A stretch of 64,000 nucleotides of DNA, taken from contig OZ245817.1 in the NCBI GenBank assembly GCA_965228475.1, forward strand, positions 2,624,001 to 2,688,000, written 5' to 3'. Of this stretch, positions 56,549-64,000 are shown one piece after another. The stretch is from Myxococcota bacterium (GTDB lineage Bacteria > Myxococcota_A > UBA9160 > JAFDDA01). Numbering within the stretch: the stretch's first letter is position 1; each line of letters opens with the position of its first letter. Below the pieces are notes generated by a model. It searched no databases. It saw nothing but the letters and a program-made list of their open reading frames with translations, and was not told the DNA's origin. The position numbers and the translations under genes were made by a program.

Positions 56549-56785
56549 GGGCGCAACCGAGCCCCCCAGGGAACGCAGAGCCTACACGGTCCCGGAATCG
56601 CCGGGAAGATCCGTTGTGGGCCTCCTGCTCGCCCCGTTGGGCCTTCGACGCGCCCCTCTCCTGAATGATTCATCCCGGGCCCGGGACACATCCCCGGCCC
56701 GGGCGAGGGTACATCCCCGCGGGTATGCGAGGCTTTCCGGGGATCGGGGCCAAGTCCGGGGGCGCGCGCGCCGAAACGGTTGGAC

Positions 56786-58750
56786 ATGGACTTTCTCGAG
56801 GCCGAGCCGGCCCGACTGACGGTCGAGGAGGGGGAATCCGAAGGGGTTTCCTTCCGCCTGGAGCTGACGTCCACGATCGGCCGGGACCCCCAGAACACGA
56901 TCCGGCTGCTCGACGAACTGACCTCCCGCCACCACGCCGTGATCCGCTTCGCCGACGGCGCGTGGACCCTGCAGGATCTCGACAGTGCGAACGGCACCTG
57001 GGTGGGCGACACGCGGCAGGACAAGCCGCTGCGGCTCGAGGGCGGCGAGCGCATCCGGATGGGAAACACCGTCTTCCGGTTCGAAGGGATCGCGGGCCCG
57101 CCGGCGCCGGCGCGGCTCGAGCTGGCCGACCACACCGCCGTGCGCATCGTGAACTCCCACCGTCACGCCGTCGTGCTCGGGCCGGACGAAGCGACCGAGC
57201 CCATCACCGCGGCGGTCACGGCGCCGGCCGCCGCCTCCCCGATCGTGGCGCCGCCGGACAGCCCGCGTTTCCAGGCCCTGCTCCGCATCCAGCGCGCCCT
57301 CGCCGAGCTGCGCGAGATGGACGATCTGGCCGAGGTCCTCCTCGACGAGCTCTTCCGCTGCACCCCGGCCCTGCGCGGCGCGCTGCTCGTCGCGCACAAG
57401 GACCAGACGCTGACGCCGGTCGCCATCCGCCGGCCGGAGGGCGAGCCCCGCTCCCGCATCCCCATGAGCGAACGCCTGCTGCGCCTGGCCCTCGAGGGGC
57501 GCAAGGCCGTCCTGGCCGGCCATGGCGACGCGCCGAGCGCGACCCGGACCCATGGCACCGCCGGCTCCGCGATCACCGCCCCGCTCATCTTCCAGGACCG
57601 CCTGCTCGGCGTCCTCCACCTCGAGAGCGAGACCGGCTTCGAGCCGGACGACCTCGACGTGGTGGCCGGCGCGGCGGCCCAGGGCGCCGTCGCCGTGGCG
57701 AACACCCGCCTCCTCGACCGCATCCGCCGCGAGTCGAAGCACCGGGCCAACCTTCAGCGCTACCTCTCGGCCGGGCTCGTCGAACAGATCCTCGACGGAG
57801 ATCTGAACCTCGACACGGAAGGGACGACCCGCCAGTGCAGCGTCCTGTTCGCGGACCTGCGCGGCTTCACGGCGATGAGCGAGTTCCTCCCGAGCAAGGA
57901 GGTCTTCGCCACCCTGAACGCGTTCTTCGGGCGCATGGTCGAGGTCATCCACGCCCACGGAGGCTCCGTCGACAAGTTCATGGGCGATGCGGTGATGGCG
58001 GTCTGGGGCATCCCGGACCGCACGGAAGAGGACGCCCGGCAGGCCGTCCTGGCCGCCGTCCGCATGCAGCAGGAGCTCGTGCACTTCAACCTCGAGCGCG
58101 AAGCCCAGGGCCGGCCGGGGCTCCGCATGGGGATCGGCGTGCACTCGGGCCCGGTGCTCGCGGGCAACGTCGGCGCACCGCAGCGCATGGAGTACACGGT
58201 GATCGGCGACACGGTGAACCTGGCGAGCCGCATCGAACGCCTCGCTGGGCCGGGCCAGACCCTGGTCTCCGAAGCCACCATGGTCGCGATCCAGGCCCTC
58301 GCCAAGGCGACCGAACGGCCGCCGGTCCACGTGAAGGGCAAGCGCGACCCGGTGAAGACCTACGAGGTACACGGCCTGCGCGACACCGAAGAGGAGACTT
58401 CGGAGCTCGGCCGCACCCACCCGCGCCACAAGACCGCGGCGCGGGTCGCCCTGCTCTCGGAAGGCGATCGGGTCCACGAGGGCCTCCTCGCGGACCTCTC
58501 GGAGACGGGCGCGGGCGTGAAGATTCTCCCGGAGCAGATGCAGGGCCTCGAACCCGGCATGAGCGTTCGCGTGACGCCGGGCCGGCGCGACGGTTCGGAC
58601 GGGTTGGCCATCGAAGCCAGCGTGGTGCGGTTGATCCTCGCCCACGACCACACGGGGCAGGCGCTCTTCAAGGTCGGCGTCCGCTTCCTCGATTCGAGCG
58701 AGCGGGTCCTCGAGAAGACGCGCGACTGGCTCGTGGCACCCGAGGGCTGA
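56786..58750 (+). CDS. FHA-GAF-class III adenylate cyclase-PilZ multidomain protein
   Basis: FHA IGRDPQN/SRHHA/DLDSANGT; GAF; cyclase FADLRGFT, DKFMGDAVMA, YTVIGDTVNLASR; PilZ RTHPR...DLSETG...VGVRF. Confidence 0.9.
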   Translation: MDFLEAEPARLTVEEGESEGVSFRLELTSTIGRDPQNTIRLLDELTSRHHAVIRFADGAWTLQDLDSANGTWVGDTRQDKPLRLEGGERIRMGNTVFRFEGIAGPPAPARLELADHTAVRIVNSHRHAVVLGPDEATEPITAAVTAPAAASPIVAPPDSPRFQALLRIQRALAELREMDDLAEVLLDELFRCTPALRGALLVAHKDQTLTPVAIRRPEGEPRSRIPMSERLLRLALEGRKAVLAGHGDAPSATRTHGTAGSAITAPLIFQDRLLGVLHLESETGFEPDDLDVVAGAAAQGAVAVANTRLLDRIRRESKHRANLQRYLSAGLVEQILDGDLNLDTEGTTRQCSVLFADLRGFTAMSEFLPSKEVFATLNAFFGRMVEVIHAHGGSVDKFMGDAVMAVWGIPDRTEEDARQAVLAAVRMQQELVHFNLEREAQGRPGLRMGIGVHSGPVLAGNVGAPQRMEYTVIGDTVNLASRIERLAGPGQTLVSEATMVAIQALAKATERPPVHVKGKRDPVKTYEVHGLRDTEEETSELGRTHPRHKTAARVALLSEGDRVHEGLLADLSETGAGVKILPEQMQGLEPGMSVRVTPGRRDGSDGLAIEASVVRLILAHDHTGQALFKVGVRFLDSSERVLEKTRDWLVAPEG

Positions 58751-58767
58751 CGCGCGGCCAGCCGCCG

Positions 58768-63297
<4,530 letters not shown>

Positions 63298-63365
63298 GGC
63301 GCCAGTCTAGCCCGGGGCGAAGCCCCACCCTGCCGGCCCGCCGCGGGAGGGGTACGTTCGGCGCC

Positions 63366-64000
63366 ATGCCCGATCACCCGTCCGACACGCCCGACAAGGC
63401 CGGAACCGACGTTCCGGAGAAGCCCCTCGCCATCCTGCTCTCGCGCCTCGATCTCGACACCCTCGACGAAGACCTCTTCCTCGGCCGGCCCGAGCCCGGG
63501 GGAGACGCACCGCTGTTCGGTGGGTTCGTCGCGAGCCAGGCGACGGTGGCCGCGGGCCGCACCGTCGAGCGCGGCTTCCTCCACTCCCTCCACGCCTACT
63601 TCCTGCGGCGCGGGCGCCACGACCTGCCGATCCGCTACGTCGTGCACCGCATCCGGGACGGCCGGACCTTCACCACCCGCCGCGTCGTGGCCTACCAGGG
63701 CGGCGCGGCGATCTTCAACCTGTCCGCGAGCTTCGCCGTGCCCGAGGAGGGCATCGCCCATCAGAGTCCCCCGCCCGAAGCCCCGCCCCCGGAGACCGCG
63801 CCGGATTGGGAGGACGAGCGCGCGCGCATCCTCGGCGACCCGGCCAAGCGGCGCCCCGACGGCCCGATCGAAGTCCGGCTGTGCGACCTCGACGACCCGG
63901 AGCCCGGCATCGCCCGCCCGCCGACCCGGCGGGTCTGGCTGCGCCCCCGCGGCCCGCTCCCGGACGACCCCCTCATCCACGCCGCCGTCCTGGTCTACGC
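63366..64000 (+). CDS. tesB: Acyl-CoA thioesterase II (runs off window end)
   Basis: Manual translation: LFGGFVASQA..AAGRTV..LHSLHAYFLRRG...IRDGRTFTTRRVVAYQGG..IF..SASF...LPDDPLIHAAVLVY. Confidence 0.9.
   Translation, partial: MPDHPSDTPDKAGTDVPEKPLAILLSRLDLDTLDEDLFLGRPEPGGDAPLFGGFVASQATVAAGRTVERGFLHSLHAYFLRRGRHDLPIRYVVHRIRDGRTFTTRRVVAYQGGAAIFNLSASFAVPEEGIAHQSPPPEAPPPETAPDWEDERARILGDPAKRRPDGPIEVRLCDLDDPEPGIARPPTRRVWLRPRGPLPDDPLIHAAVLVY

Overview
This is a very GC-rich (roughly 70% by eye), gene-dense bacterial chromosomal segment with about 59 genes. I found no rRNA, tRNA, CRISPR array or mobile element. The gene content (PEP-CTERM protein, FHA-GAF-adenylate cyclase, long MCP with an [11 protein letters not shown] tip, many Actinobacteria-like lipid enzymes) suggests an uncultured Myxococcota or Deltaproteobacteria-like organism; this is an inference. 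Most of the window encodes lipid, terpenoid and xenobiotic catabolism: an Atu-like acyclic-terpene cluster, paired acyl-CoA dehydrogenases, a P450, a LimB-like monooxygenase with an epoxide hydrolase, and five TetR regulators with visible operators. Housekeeping genes (fhs, type II pantothenate kinase, tRNA nucleotidyltransferase, Lhr, tesB) and signalling genes fill the rest. The main observations are: (1) a possible dispersed flagellar module, made of an orphan minimal flagellin plus divergent sigma28-like promoters driving a long MCP and an unusual putative glycosyltransferase-like/DegT aminotransferase fusion; (2) an FHA-GAF-adenylate cyclase with an intact C-terminal PilZ domain; (3) a loop-deleted, probably CC-only tRNA nucleotidyltransferase; (4) pervasive TAnnnT-N6/7-start leaderless promoters; (5) a frameshifted quinone oxidoreductase whose last 24 bp are tandemly duplicated. 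All calls come from reading the sequence and translations by eye; no database searches were run.
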